Origin: a bacterium
GTDB lineage: Bacteria; UBA10199; 2-02-FULL-44-16; JAAZCA01
Reading direction: 5' to 3'
Assembly: GCA_963674695.2 (NCBI GenBank)
Contig: CAXXGI010000003.1
Location: 512,001-576,000 of the forward strand
Length of the DNA stretch: 64,000 nucleotides
Numbering within the stretch: the stretch's first letter is position 1; each line of letters starts with the position of its first letter. Below the pieces are notes generated by a model, which made no database searches, was not told the DNA's origin, and saw only the letters and a list, made by a program, of their open reading frames with translations. Shown here piece after piece: positions 7,913 to 18,470 of this stretch. The position numbers and the translations under genes are program-made.

Positions 7913-8917
7913 CTAGGACGTTTGTTCACTCCCCATGTGGAGGTAAATCTTTCCTTCCGGTGTTGTATAGTATGGTTTTCGCTTAAAGTCATGCGTGGCT
8001 TCGATGAACCGAACGGTTCCCGTTTCGGAGCGCATGACGACCGAGTGCGTCGAAGCGCCGCCGCCGTAAAATCGCACGCCTTTGAGAAACGCTCCGTCTG
8101 TGACGCCGGTGGCGGCGAACATCACGTTTCCGGCGGCGAGATCCTCCAGACCGTAGATGCGTTCCAGGTCTTCAATGCCCATGTGGCGGGCGCGTTCTTT
8201 TTCCTGTTCGTTGCGCCACGCGAGCATCCCCTGCATGTCGCCGCCCAGGCAGCGCAGCGCGGCAGCTGCGAGCACGCCCTCGGGCGCGCCTCCGCTGCCC
8301 AGCAGGATGTCGACGCCGGAGTCGGGCTGGCAGGCGGCGATCGCGGCGGAGACATCGCCGTCGTCGATGAGGCGTATGCGTGCGCCGGCCTGGCGCACCT
8401 CCTTGATAAGATTCTCATGCCGCGGCCGGTTGAGGATGATGGCGGTGAGTTCGCGTACTTCGCATCGCTTGGCCTCCGCGACCGCGACGAGGTTCTGTGT
8501 CGGCGTTCGCTTCAGGTCGATCACGCCGCGGCAGTCGGGGCCGACGGCGATCTTCCACATATAGGTATCGGGTGCATGCAGGAAGTTCCCCCGGTCGGCC
8601 ATGGCGATCACCGCCAGCGAATTCTCCTTGCCGGTCGCACAGACGTTTGTCCCCTCGAGCGGGTCGAGCGCGATATCAATCTCGGGGCCTGTGCCATCGC
8701 CGACCTCCTCGCCGATATAGAGCATGGGCGCTTCGTCGCGTTCCCCCTCACCGATGACCACGCGCCCCTGAATGGACATCGAGCCCAGCGAGGTGCGCAT
8801 GGCATCCACGGCGGCCTGATCGGCGGCATCGGAGAGGCCCCGACCCATCAGGCGTGCTGCGGCAAGGGCAGCGGCCTCCGTGACTCGAACCATCTCCAGC
8901 GCCATATTCTTTTCCAT
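7913..8917 (-). CDS. glpX: Class II fructose-1,6-bisphosphatase
   Basis: VRVTEAAALAA, VVIGEGERDEAPMLYIGEEVG, DPLEGT. Start at MEKNMALE. Confidence 0.95.
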   Translation of the reverse strand: MEKNMALEMVRVTEAAALAAARLMGRGLSDAADQAAVDAMRTSLGSMSIQGRVVIGEGERDEAPMLYIGEEVGDGTGPEIDIALDPLEGTNVCATGKENSLAVIAMADRGNFLHAPDTYMWKIAVGPDCRGVIDLKRTPTQNLVAVAEAKRCEVRELTAIILNRPRHENLIKEVRQAGARIRLIDDGDVSAAIAACQPDSGVDILLGSGGAPEGVLAAAALRCLGGDMQGMLAWRNEQEKERARHMGIEDLERIYGLEDLAAGNVMFAATGVTDGAFLKGVRFYGGGASTHSVVMRSETGTVRFIEATHDFKRKPYYTTPEGKIYLHMGSEQTS

Positions 8918-8927
8918 GGTGCCCTCC

Positions 8928-9815
8928 CTATCTTCCGTGTGCTTCAAGCATCACTTCATCCGCGAGGTATGAACTGCGTACAAAGGGGCCAGCAAAAACG
9001 AATTTGAGCCCGTGCTTTAAACCCATCTGTTCATATTCACGAAAGTGATCCGGCTCGATGTAGCGCGCAACGGCAAGTGCTTTGCGCGATGGCTGCAGGT
9101 ATTGGCCGATGGTGACACAGCTGCATCCAGCGCAGGCAAGATCGCGCAATGCTTCATCGATCTCTTCGTCGGTCTCGCCAAGGCCGACCATGAGCCCCGA
9201 CTTGATGACGGCGTTCGGGAGCTGCTCGCGTGCGCGAGAAAGGACGGCGAGCGAGCAGTCGTAGTCGGCCCGGTTGCGCACCGTCGGGGTGAGGCGTCGT
9301 ACGGTCTCGAGGTTGTGGTTGAAGACATCCGGCTGCGCGGCACAGAGGGCGTCGATATCCCCTCCCCTCCCCTGGAAGTCGGGAGTGAGGATCTCAATCG
9401 TTGTCTTTGGGCAGGCGGCGCGGACGGCGCTGATGGTCTGTGCCAGGTGTGCGGCTCCTCCGTCTGACAGATCGTCGCGCGTCACCGAGGTGATCACGGC
9501 GTGTTTGAGCCCCATCTCTTGGACCTGTTCGGCTACGTGCCGGGGCTCATTCGCGTCGAGCGGGGCCGGATCGCCGTGGGCGACATCGCAGAAGCCGCAG
9601 TGGCGTGTGCAGTTCGGGCCCATGAGGAGGAAGGTGGCGGTGCCGCGTTCGAAACATTCCTGCAGATTGGGGCAGCGGGCCTGCTCGCAGACGGTGTGCA
9701 GCGCCTTTCCCCGCAGGGCAGCCCGCACGCGATGGGCGCTCGATCCGCTACAGCGGCGTTTGCGGAGCCAGGGGGGCAGACGGCCCGATTCAGGATGGAG
9801 CGGCTTTCCAGGCAT
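8928..9815 (-). CDS. lipA: Lipoyl synthase
   Basis: CEQARCPNLQEC, CTRHCGFC and RSSY motifs. The ORF-track N-terminal extension runs through a REP and is rejected. Confidence 0.95.
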   Translation of the reverse strand: MPGKPLHPESGRLPPWLRKRRCSGSSAHRVRAALRGKALHTVCEQARCPNLQECFERGTATFLLMGPNCTRHCGFCDVAHGDPAPLDANEPRHVAEQVQEMGLKHAVITSVTRDDLSDGGAAHLAQTISAVRAACPKTTIEILTPDFQGRGGDIDALCAAQPDVFNHNLETVRRLTPTVRNRADYDCSLAVLSRAREQLPNAVIKSGLMVGLGETDEEIDEALRDLACAGCSCVTIGQYLQPSRKALAVARYIEPDHFREYEQMGLKHGLKFVFAGPFVRSSYLADEVMLEAHGR

Positions 9816-9917
9816 GGAAAGCCCCATAGCATAGATTGGAGATGCGTCAAAGTGGTCAATATACGACCAGTACGAACGGCCTTCGTAGTGGTGGTGAAAT
9901 AACAAATCCACAAATAG

Positions 9918-10015
9918 TGTCATTCCCGCCCCCGATTCAATCATTCGAGGGCAGGCTCCAGCGGGAATCTCGCTTGAAACAATCAATCGAGATCCCCGCG
10001 TTCGCGGGGATGACA
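9918..10015. repeat. REP-like inverted pair, expanded-loop variant
   Basis: Near-identical to 7253-7350. Confidence 0.9.
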
Positions 10016-10030
10016 AAAACCGGGGTGCGT

Positions 10031-13000
10031 CTATCGTCCTCTCCGCTTCCTCCGTCTGACGCGGACCAGGACCATGGTGCCGCTGGGGAGCAGGAAGGCC
10101 AGGAGCATGAAGCCGAGGGCCGTCCAGGGCACGGGGTTTGGCTCGGTCGCGGCCAGGGCGCAGCCGCCGCCGCCCGCGGGCGACATCGGTTTGCCGCTCA
10201 GGAAGGTCACGCCAGTCGTAACCGGTGCGGGCGCCTCCTGTCCGGCGACGCCATAGACATCCTGGACGATCATGAAGCGATAGCTGTCCTTCTCCTCCCA
10301 GGATGTGGTCGACAGGTTGAGGAAGATGTTGGGGTTGCCCCGGCCGAAGCGCTCGGTGAGCATCTCGAGTTCCTCGAAGACGATCTCCTTATCATGCTGC
10401 TGGTTCTCGATGTACATATCCTCTTCGCTGGCATACCCCAGATCGCGATAGTCGGTCGCACCCTCGGTCCCCTGCGAAGATCCCACGCGGGGCAGTTCTG
10501 GGATGTTCAGCATCCACATCACCGATCCGGCGCCTGCTGGTCCTTCGCTCGTTGCATCGTCTGGAGCACTAGTCATGTCGATGCTCGGGAGTTCGCGGAA
10601 GGTCGGGCGTTCGACCGCCGAACCCATCACCACCTGGATGTCGGGCGGCACGGCGATGATCTTTACGGAGGCACGGTCGTTCACGATCATCTCGTTCGGA
10701 TTGATGCGTGTGAGTTTTTCCACCGGCATCTGTTCGACGCCGCCGAAGGAACTCAAATCCGGCATGATGGTGAGCGCCTTGATCAGATCGCCCTTGGCCG
10801 TATCCGGCGCAGGGGCCTCGGTGGGCACGATGATCTCCGGCTGACGGACGATGGCAATCCGATTGGACTCCGGCGTGGTCAGCTGCAGGCCTGTCATCTG
10901 GACGAGCGCTCCGGGTCGGATGTTGCCATTGCGATCCGGGTCGGCCGATCCGGAGAGCGACAGCGAGAGTTCCTGACGCGGAACGGTTGGTGCGGAGGCG
11001 TCTTTGATGACGCAGGCACAGGCTATCGTGTCGCCTTCGCCGATGAAGAGGTCATAGCCGACAACGCCCGTGATCTCCTGGACGCGTCGGTTGAGCTCCT
11101 TGAGCTCCTCGTCCGTGCTGTTCGACGAGCAGACGCAGCGGCCCGGATCGGCCTCGGCACGGCCAGCGTTCTGGCAGCGGCAGTTGGAGCAGAACTCGTT
11201 ATCCTCGCAGTCATTGTCTTGTTCGCACTGCTCGCCTTCCTCCAGCACGGCGTTGCCGCAGACGATGTTCGAAGGTTCACAGGCACAGGCGTCGGTGCAG
11301 ATCTCGCCTTCGCGGCAGCCCTCGCCCGCGTCGCAGATCTCACCCACATCCCAGGTGCCATTTCCGCAGACCGGTTCTGGTGTGACACAATGGCAGCTCT
11401 CGTCGCAGTTTTGGAGGTCGGAACAAGTGTTGAATCCGGGCTCACCGCACTGTTCGCCCTCTTCGATGAAGCCGTTGCCGCAGCCCGGCGTGATACAGCG
11501 GCAATCTCGGCAGTCCTGCCCGGAAGCGCATTCGAGGCCCAGTTCGCCGCACTGTTCGCCTTCATCGGCCGAGCCATCGCCGCAGCTCGGCGTGTGGCAC
11601 TGGCAGGTGTCTTCATTACAGATCTGTCCATCGCCGCAGGTGAGAGCGCCATCGCGGCACTGCTCGCCGGGATCGGCGACGTCGTTTCCGCAAACAGGCG
11701 TCAGACACTGGCATCCACTACAGTAGTCGCCATCCGGACAGTCGGCGTTGGATTCGCACACTTCATCCCCTTCGACGACTCCGTCTCCACATGCGGCCAA
11801 TCGGCAATGACACCCGTCGCAGACCTGATTGAGGGCAAAGGTGCAATCGGTGTCCTGTTCGCACTCCTCGTGGGATTCTTCAATCTTTCCGTTTCCACAA
11901 GCGGCATCGGTGTATTCGCATGCACACGATGCATTGCAGGCAAAGCCCGTGGCGCAGTTGCCGAACTCGGTGCCGTCGCATTCTTCACCCTTTTCAACAA
12001 CATTGTTTCCGCAGACGACATCGCAGTCGTTGTCGTTTGTGGAATCGCAGCCCTCTGCGCAACAGCCGTCGTCATTCGCGCAGGCGGTGATCAATTCATT
12101 CAGGCACTCGCCGTTTGCGGTACGACAGGTATCGATTGTGCAGGCATTATCATCAGTGCAGTCCTTCTCGACTTCATTGTCACAGGTTCCCCCAGCGGTG
12201 CACGTGCCGTTGACGAGACAGAGGTTTGTGCTGTTGTTGGTGCATTCAACGCCCTCGTTCGCAAGTGCAAATCCACAGCCATTTTCCAGCGTGCAGATGG
12301 AGACATGGCAGACTTCAGCGGCATCCGGGCAGACGTTTCCGGTTCCGCCCACACACTCGCCGGCATCATTACAGGTGGTGCCATCGGTGCAGGGGTTGCT
12401 GTCATCGCAGCTCTGGCCGATGCTTGCGGGATCCGGTTGTGGTTTGCAGATTCCGTCGGCTTCGTCACAGAGTGAAACAGTGCACTCACCGGTATCAGCG
12501 CAGCTCTTCGATTTGCCTGCGCATTCACCGTTGCTGCAGATATCATTTTCGGTGCAGTGATTTCCATCGTTGCAGAAAGCGGTGTTATTCGTATAGTAGC
12601 AACCGTTGTGTGCGAGATCGCAGGCATCAGCTGTGCAGACGTTTCCGTCGTCACAATTGTGAGCGGTTGAGATGCATTGGCCAGATGCATTGCATGCTCC
12701 GTCCATGCACGGATCGTCGAGCGCACAGTCAGTGCCTTGCTCCTTGGGCTCCGCCGCCGGACAGCTTCCATCGGTGGAACAGGTGACCGCCAGGGTGCAC
12801 TCTGTCTCACCTGCACATACCTCTCCGGGCACACACTCGCACCGGTTCTCATTGAGCCGGCAGGATCCCTCGCTACACTGATCGACCGTGCAGGCCAGTT
12901 CATCGAGATCGCACGGGAGCGTATTGTTGGTGACGGTGCAACCCGATGCGGGATTGCAGGAATCGGTCGTGCAGATATTGCCGTCATCGCATTCAACAGG

Positions 13001-16000
13001 CGAACCGCTCGCACAGACGCCCGATTGGCAGGAATCAGTTTCCGTGCAGGCGTTTCCGTCATCGCAGGGCGTATCGTTCGGCTTCGGTTGTGCATCGGGA
13101 CAACTGCCATCGACCGCACAGATGACGTGTTCCGTGCAGGCCGTTTCGGGTGCGCACTCTTCCCCGGGAACGCATTCGCAATTGTTGGCCTCTTGCTGAC
13201 AGCTGCCTCCTTGGCAGCGATCGATCGTGCAGGCCAGTGCATCAAGTTCGCCCTCGCACGGATTGGCGTTGTTCGTAGCGATGCAGCCTGTTGTCGGATC
13301 GCAGGAATCATCGGTGCAGATATTGCTGTCGTCGCACGTGAGCGGCTCGCCGCTGACGCAAACGCCTTCGCTGCAAATATCTCCCGTCGTGCACGCGTTT
13401 TCGTCATCGCATGCGTTGCTGTTCGAGGTGTTGACGCAGCCTGACGCCGGAACACAGGAATCGTCGGTGCAGACGTTGTCGTCATTGCAGTTTGGTGCGG
13501 CGCCGCCGATACAGGAACCGGCGCTACAGATATCCTCCGTCGTGCAGGCGTTTCCATCATCGCACGTTTCCGTGTTTGGTGCATGTACGCATCCCGTTGC
13601 TGCTTCGCAGGAATCACTCGTACAGACGTTGTCATCATTGCATTCGGGCGGAGCGCCGCCAACACAGGCTCCGGCACTGCAGGTATCCGCGGTCGTGCAG
13701 GCATTGCCGTCGTCGCAGGATGTGGTGTTATTCGTATGGACGCAACCGCCGGCGGGATCACAGGAATCGTCAGTACAGGGGTTGCCATCATCGCAGTTGA
13801 GTGCTGTCGTGCCGGAAATACAGCCACCGTCGGTGCACATGTCGCCAACGGTGCAGGCGTTCTGATCATCGCAATCGGTGCCATTCTTTGCAGTGGCATC
13901 GAAGATGCACCCTATTGTGGGATTACAGCTATCGGCCGTGCAGTTGTTTCCGTCGACACATGCCACGGGATTGCCCTGACATACTCCACTTCCGTCACAA
14001 GCATCGCCAGCAGTGCAGGCATCGCTGTCATCACAGTCCGTCCCAGGATCAGATGGCTGCGATTCACATCCTATGCCACCTGACCCAGGGGCGCAGACAT
14101 CGATCGTACAGGGGTTGCCGTTATCGCAGACGGTATCATCCGGGGCAAATTCACATTCGCCCGTATCGGGGTTGCACGTGTCGGTCGAGCACTCGGTGTT
14201 GTCTTCACATTCCACCTCGCTCCCGCTCTGGCAACTTCCTTGCGCATCACAGGTGTCATTGCGCGTGCAGGGATTCCCATCTTCACAAGTGACTCCAACA
14301 TCCGGTGTGTGCTGGCATTCTGTCGTGTATTGACCTGTCTGTACGCACTCATCCTTCGTGCAGGGGTCTTCATCGGCGCATTCTTCATGCGAGGTGCAAT
14401 CCGGTGGAGGCAGACATTGACAGTCGGGCGTGCAGATGAATCCGTCCTGATCGCCGGAACAGGCCGTGCCTACCATGTTGGCAGACCTTGGGTTATCGCA
14501 CTGCTCGACATCGGTATTGACCTGTCCATCACCGCAGTAGGCGTTACGACAATTTTCATCGCAATAGAGGTCAACGCCCGAGGTGGAGTGTGTTTCCCAA
14601 GGTACGGCAGTATTTGGCGGATCGCACTGCTCATAATCAGGGCCCCAAGTCTCTGTAATATTGTTTCCACATTCCGTTTCATTGTATTCATATCCATCAC
14701 AGGTCGCATTGCAGTGCTGGTTTGCGGGCCAACCGATGGGAGCGGGATCGAGCGGATCACAGGTCTCTCCCGCCCACTCCTGCCAAATCCCATCGCCGCA
14801 GTAGGCGCAGGTACAGGCGTCGGCGCCGGTCTGCCCATGTTCTCCACCGCAGATGCCGTCCACCACGATTCCGCCATAGGTTGCAGCATTGCAGGCAACT
14901 CCCTCTTCACACGTCTCCTCCCCTTCCAACACGCCATCCCCACAGGTGACGTTACGCGCGGGCAGCATGACGAGCGTGGCCATCTCACGATAGCCCGGCA
15001 TTGAGCGCCCGCGGGGGAGTGGAACGGATTGTGTCTTCATCCCGGGAAAGGGATCGGTGGGTTGAAATTCACGAAGGCCAAACGGAATAATCTCGAAGGC
15101 TTGTGATCCCTGAAAGGGAGGAAGCGCTGGTGCCAACTCAAGGCCCTCGTTGAGGATGATGGGCTGTGGATTGAAGAACTGTGCTTCTTCCAGATCGCTC
15201 CGATCGGCGATGGCATCCCCGCAGGAGTCGTTTCGGATGACGTCGGGCTGAAAGCCCTCGGCAAAGCGGATGACGTCGTCGTTCGCTTCCTGATCGTTCA
15301 TCGATTGAGGAAAGCAGAGTGGAGAAGCGTACCCCATATAGTAGGTAGCAAAAGCAGGCATAAAGGTGCTGAGGATGCTGAACTCGGTCGAGACCTGATC
15401 GGCGGGGATCTGGGAGAAATAATTGACGATGGGGCAACTTCCGTTGCAGAGATCAGTCGGATTGTCCACACAACAGGGATGATCGTCATAGAGCTCAACA
15501 GGGACTTCGGTGCCCTCCAGATAGGGCAGTGTGCAGACCTTCTTTTCGCTGCAGCTCTGTGTCTTCGGCAGATTTCCATCGATAAACGGTGGCGCGAGGT
15601 AGTTGTCTTCGCTCGATGCCATCATCTTCATACGCGCGGTTACGTAGTTTGAGCTATACCCCACGGCCATCGAAGAATAGAGCTCGTAGGGGCTCATGAC
15701 GGCATTATCCGCGCATCCGAATTCCGGTAGCATCAGCGGCAGACCGTTGATCACGGCCAAGGCATCGGAACCATTCGTTTGGGTGGTATCGGCCGCCATT
15801 TCCCCCGGTCCGAAGAGGCGCTTGCCCTCGATCGATCCATCCTGTGCGGACACGCTGGCCGAGCCAACGCGGATGCGTTTATAGCCACCTGCGCTTTTGT
15901 TGCTCATGTCATATTCGGAGAGTGTTGGAAAAGAAAGCTTGGTCTCCGTATCTACGCCATGGAGAATGTAGGCGTGTCCGGCATAGCTACTTGACATCAT

Positions 16001-18148
16001 TGATTCTACCCGTTCGATGATCAGATTTCCGGCGGCGATATCCACGACACCGTTTCCATCAAAATCCGCGATCGCAACGGAGGCGACCTCAACGGTGACG
16101 TCCCCACCAGGGATAGGCCCTAAGTTGATAAGCTCTTCCGCCATACCATCGCATGCGGAACCCGTGCGACGAACGATTGTGATCGTGTTCGCGAACATGT
16201 GACCGCTGCCATCATCGAATTTGAAGCTAGGATTGCCATCGGCATCATTCATGTCGCCATCGACGACGTTCATGCCACGCCAGGTGATGACGAGGTCTTC
16301 GCAGGTATCGTTGGAAAGATGCGCGGCCTTCACTTCATAGGGGACATAGGAGCCACCTTCGGGAGGTGTGATCTTTACGGCCTTCGGCAGGATGATCGGA
16401 TAGGAGTTGCTGCCGATGGTCACCTCGTCGTTGCAGATAATCTTTCCAGCCGCTGCATTGAGGCTGGAGGTGTCCTGCCGATGCCGAATGTGCTGGCCGT
16501 TCATTGGATCGATGAAATAGAGGATAGCTTTGTTCTCACCGGTCAGCGTACTGGAGGGGACGACGAGTTTTTGCGTATCCGTGCCAACGATCGTGTCGGT
16601 GATGCGAGCTGCGTCGTAGGCGTTCGGCCCGACGATCGATAGCGCCATGATCTCAAAGTTGTTGGAAGGGTTGTGGTTGACGAAGGCATCGGGGTCATCC
16701 TGATCGGGGCGCGTCTGTCTATAGAAGGCCACCGGGGCGATGACCGAATCGTGCAGATTGATTGGCGCCGAGTTATGGCATTCGGTATCGTCTGCAGTGA
16801 CGAGTGCTTCTCCCCAGGTCATGGTCGTAAAATACGGGGCTGCAGAAGTGTTAAACAAGTATGGACGCCCCAGGGCACCGATGATGAGTTCATCGAGATT
16901 GAGGATGGTCCCCTGATAGAGGACCGCGAAGTCGGTGTGGGCCTGTGGATATTCCGAACTGGCCATGCCGCTCAGACGCATCGACTCGACGGCGATCGGG
17001 TTCGTAAAGATCGGTGTGATCGGCACGTTCTTGATGCGCATGTCCTTGGTAGGGTTTGTTCCTGGCGCTTCATCCGGATCGGGAACATAGTAGGCGTAAA
17101 AGAGCTCTGTGGCATTCAGTTGTGGATTATAGTCGTTTGCCAATGAGGCAAGCGGTGGATACTCCCAGCTGGTGTAGCCCGCGAAGCGATAGATTCCCGC
17201 ATCCTTTTTCTCAAAAAATGCCAGGGGCGAAATGTAGGAGGCTGTCTTTCCGGTTTCGGAATATTCAGCGCCTTGGGTCCATAAGGGAAACGCAGCGCCT
17301 TTCCAGGCAACCTTGTGGTTCACATCGACGAGAAGGTTCAATGAATCATAGCTGGGCGCGACGATGCCGGTGCCAATATCGGCGGCGTCGTAGAGGTAGA
17401 CGCGATTCTGCGTTCCATTGAAATAGCCATAGCCGGTTTCTTCGTTGACTTCACATTCCCCCAGCGGTGTGCGGGGGAGGAAGGGTCGGCACCAGCGGAA
17501 GGGGTTTTCCTTTGAACGAATTGCAGCCAGCGGTGCGTTTTCAGGATAGGGTTCGTTTTTATGGGCATCGCCGGAGAGCTGTTCTTGAAAGAAAACAGTT
17601 TCAACGATGTCTTCACCCAACAGATCGGTCAGGCCTCCGACATGAATATCCGCGAGATCCAGCCGTTGTGAGGTGACATTTGCGTCCCCCGCCAGCGAAA
17701 GATCCATCGAAAAGACATAGATCGAACCGTCCTCAAGGTCCTCTCGATACTGATTCCACGCGATCGGGTTGCGCACCCCACCTGAAGGAAGCGTTGACGG
17801 GAACGACTCGATGCAACTGCCCTCTTTGAGACAGGTGTGGTCTTGCTGAAACCCCGGTGTGGCCATGATGTCGCCGATGAAGACTTTTTCCGTAAATCCG
17901 AATGCACTGAGGTTGAGGATTCCGTTGTCATAAAAACGGGATGAAGAGTCGGTCTGCTTCGGATGTTTGAAGAAGTGCAGGCGCAGCGCGTTGGATTGCA
18001 TGGTGGGTGCATTATCGTTCGAGTGGGTAACGACCACGATCGGCTTGGAATAACCGGCCGAATCACCAGCGGCGTGGGCGGTTGCCAGCGGAATGAGCAG
18101 CAGGCATGCCGCCAGGATTGCCGAACATCGAATGGATGGGTAATGCAT
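10031..18148 (-). CDS. Giant (2705 aa) secreted Cys-rich surface protein with FG-GAP-like motif and MYXO-CTERM-like anchor
   Basis: Signal peptide; ADFDGNGVVDIAAG; many CGDG..E.CD and CDDGNxCTxDxC repeats; C-terminal GGGGC-linker-TM-RVRRRKRR. Confidence 0.88.
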   Translation of the reverse strand: MHYPSIRCSAILAACLLLIPLATAHAAGDSAGYSKPIVVVTHSNDNAPTMQSNALRLHFFKHPKQTDSSSRFYDNGILNLSAFGFTEKVFIGDIMATPGFQQDHTCLKEGSCIESFPSTLPSGGVRNPIAWNQYREDLEDGSIYVFSMDLSLAGDANVTSQRLDLADIHVGGLTDLLGEDIVETVFFQEQLSGDAHKNEPYPENAPLAAIRSKENPFRWCRPFLPRTPLGECEVNEETGYGYFNGTQNRVYLYDAADIGTGIVAPSYDSLNLLVDVNHKVAWKGAAFPLWTQGAEYSETGKTASYISPLAFFEKKDAGIYRFAGYTSWEYPPLASLANDYNPQLNATELFYAYYVPDPDEAPGTNPTKDMRIKNVPITPIFTNPIAVESMRLSGMASSEYPQAHTDFAVLYQGTILNLDELIIGALGRPYLFNTSAAPYFTTMTWGEALVTADDTECHNSAPINLHDSVIAPVAFYRQTRPDQDDPDAFVNHNPSNNFEIMALSIVGPNAYDAARITDTIVGTDTQKLVVPSSTLTGENKAILYFIDPMNGQHIRHRQDTSSLNAAAGKIICNDEVTIGSNSYPIILPKAVKITPPEGGSYVPYEVKAAHLSNDTCEDLVITWRGMNVVDGDMNDADGNPSFKFDDGSGHMFANTITIVRRTGSACDGMAEELINLGPIPGGDVTVEVASVAIADFDGNGVVDIAAGNLIIERVESMMSSSYAGHAYILHGVDTETKLSFPTLSEYDMSNKSAGGYKRIRVGSASVSAQDGSIEGKRLFGPGEMAADTTQTNGSDALAVINGLPLMLPEFGCADNAVMSPYELYSSMAVGYSSNYVTARMKMMASSEDNYLAPPFIDGNLPKTQSCSEKKVCTLPYLEGTEVPVELYDDHPCCVDNPTDLCNGSCPIVNYFSQIPADQVSTEFSILSTFMPAFATYYMGYASPLCFPQSMNDQEANDDVIRFAEGFQPDVIRNDSCGDAIADRSDLEEAQFFNPQPIILNEGLELAPALPPFQGSQAFEIIPFGLREFQPTDPFPGMKTQSVPLPRGRSMPGYREMATLVMLPARNVTCGDGVLEGEETCEEGVACNAATYGGIVVDGICGGEHGQTGADACTCAYCGDGIWQEWAGETCDPLDPAPIGWPANQHCNATCDGYEYNETECGNNITETWGPDYEQCDPPNTAVPWETHSTSGVDLYCDENCRNAYCGDGQVNTDVEQCDNPRSANMVGTACSGDQDGFICTPDCQCLPPPDCTSHEECADEDPCTKDECVQTGQYTTECQHTPDVGVTCEDGNPCTRNDTCDAQGSCQSGSEVECEDNTECSTDTCNPDTGECEFAPDDTVCDNGNPCTIDVCAPGSGGIGCESQPSDPGTDCDDSDACTAGDACDGSGVCQGNPVACVDGNNCTADSCNPTIGCIFDATAKNGTDCDDQNACTVGDMCTDGGCISGTTALNCDDGNPCTDDSCDPAGGCVHTNNTTSCDDGNACTTADTCSAGACVGGAPPECNDDNVCTSDSCEAATGCVHAPNTETCDDGNACTTEDICSAGSCIGGAAPNCNDDNVCTDDSCVPASGCVNTSNSNACDDENACTTGDICSEGVCVSGEPLTCDDSNICTDDSCDPTTGCIATNNANPCEGELDALACTIDRCQGGSCQQEANNCECVPGEECAPETACTEHVICAVDGSCPDAQPKPNDTPCDDGNACTETDSCQSGVCASGSPVECDDGNICTTDSCNPASGCTVTNNTLPCDLDELACTVDQCSEGSCRLNENRCECVPGEVCAGETECTLAVTCSTDGSCPAAEPKEQGTDCALDDPCMDGACNASGQCISTAHNCDDGNVCTADACDLAHNGCYYTNNTAFCNDGNHCTENDICSNGECAGKSKSCADTGECTVSLCDEADGICKPQPDPASIGQSCDDSNPCTDGTTCNDAGECVGGTGNVCPDAAEVCHVSICTLENGCGFALANEGVECTNNSTNLCLVNGTCTAGGTCDNEVEKDCTDDNACTIDTCRTANGECLNELITACANDDGCCAEGCDSTNDNDCDVVCGNNVVEKGEECDGTEFGNCATGFACNASCACEYTDAACGNGKIEESHEECEQDTDCTFALNQVCDGCHCRLAACGDGVVEGDEVCESNADCPDGDYCSGCQCLTPVCGNDVADPGEQCRDGALTCGDGQICNEDTCQCHTPSCGDGSADEGEQCGELGLECASGQDCRDCRCITPGCGNGFIEEGEQCGEPGFNTCSDLQNCDESCHCVTPEPVCGNGTWDVGEICDAGEGCREGEICTDACACEPSNIVCGNAVLEEGEQCEQDNDCEDNEFCSNCRCQNAGRAEADPGRCVCSSNSTDEELKELNRRVQEITGVVGYDLFIGEGDTIACACVIKDASAPTVPRQELSLSLSGSADPDRNGNIRPGALVQMTGLQLTTPESNRIAIVRQPEIIVPTEAPAPDTAKGDLIKALTIMPDLSSFGGVEQMPVEKLTRINPNEMIVNDRASVKIIAVPPDIQVVMGSAVERPTFRELPSIDMTSAPDDATSEGPAGAGSVMWMLNIPELPRVGSSQGTEGATDYRDLGYASEEDMYIENQQHDKEIVFEELEMLTERFGRGNPNIFLNLSTTSWEEKDSYRFMIVQDVYGVAGQEAPAPVTTGVTFLSGKPMSPAGGGGCALAATEPNPVPWTALGFMLLAFLLPSGTMVLVRVRRRKRRGR

Positions 18149-18174
18149 AGAGACCTCCAGATGTCCCTAATGGT

Positions 18175-18305
18175 TGCAAGGAGGGTGCCAAAAAATGCAT
18201 GAGAAACGTTTTTTAACGCTATGATATATATGGTGATATTAATCGCGGCGCAGGGTGTGTCGTTTCAAAATGAGAGGATCAACACGGAATCGTCAAAGGA
18301 TTGAC
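18175..18305 (-). promoter_or_regulatory. Sigma54 promoter with two candidate upstream activator sites
   Basis: TTGGCACCCTCCTTGCA (18191-18175); TTTCAAAATGAGA (18263-18275); GTCAAAGGATTGAC (18292-18305). Confidence 0.7.
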
Positions 18306-18323
18306 AAGGGCACATGCGGTAGA

Positions 18324-18458
18324 TCGGGATCCCCGTTTTCACGGGGATGACAAGCAAGGGGGCTTCGAGGATGACAATGTAAGGGGTGTCATTCCCGCGA
18401 ACGCGGGAATCTCGATTGAGGTCTTTCCATCGGGATCCCCGTTTTCACGGGGATGACA
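18324..18458. repeat. REP-like cluster (three arms)
   Basis: Two copies of GATCCCCGTTTTCACGGGGATGACA flanking GTCATTCCCGCGAACGCGGGAATCTCG. Confidence 0.9.
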
Positions 18459-18470
18459 GGCCATGATGGC

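Noticed and set aside
9816-10016. Long N-terminal extensions in the ORF track for lipA (also acpS, pdxJ, OPT, nnr, tsaE)
   Set aside because: They come from open frames through REP or octamer repeats; conserved domains begin at the downstream starts used here.
9836-12475. 879-aa plus-strand ORF and other long ORFs opposite the giant Cys-rich gene
   Set aside because: Antisense shadows of a GC-rich repetitive gene; no motifs of their own.
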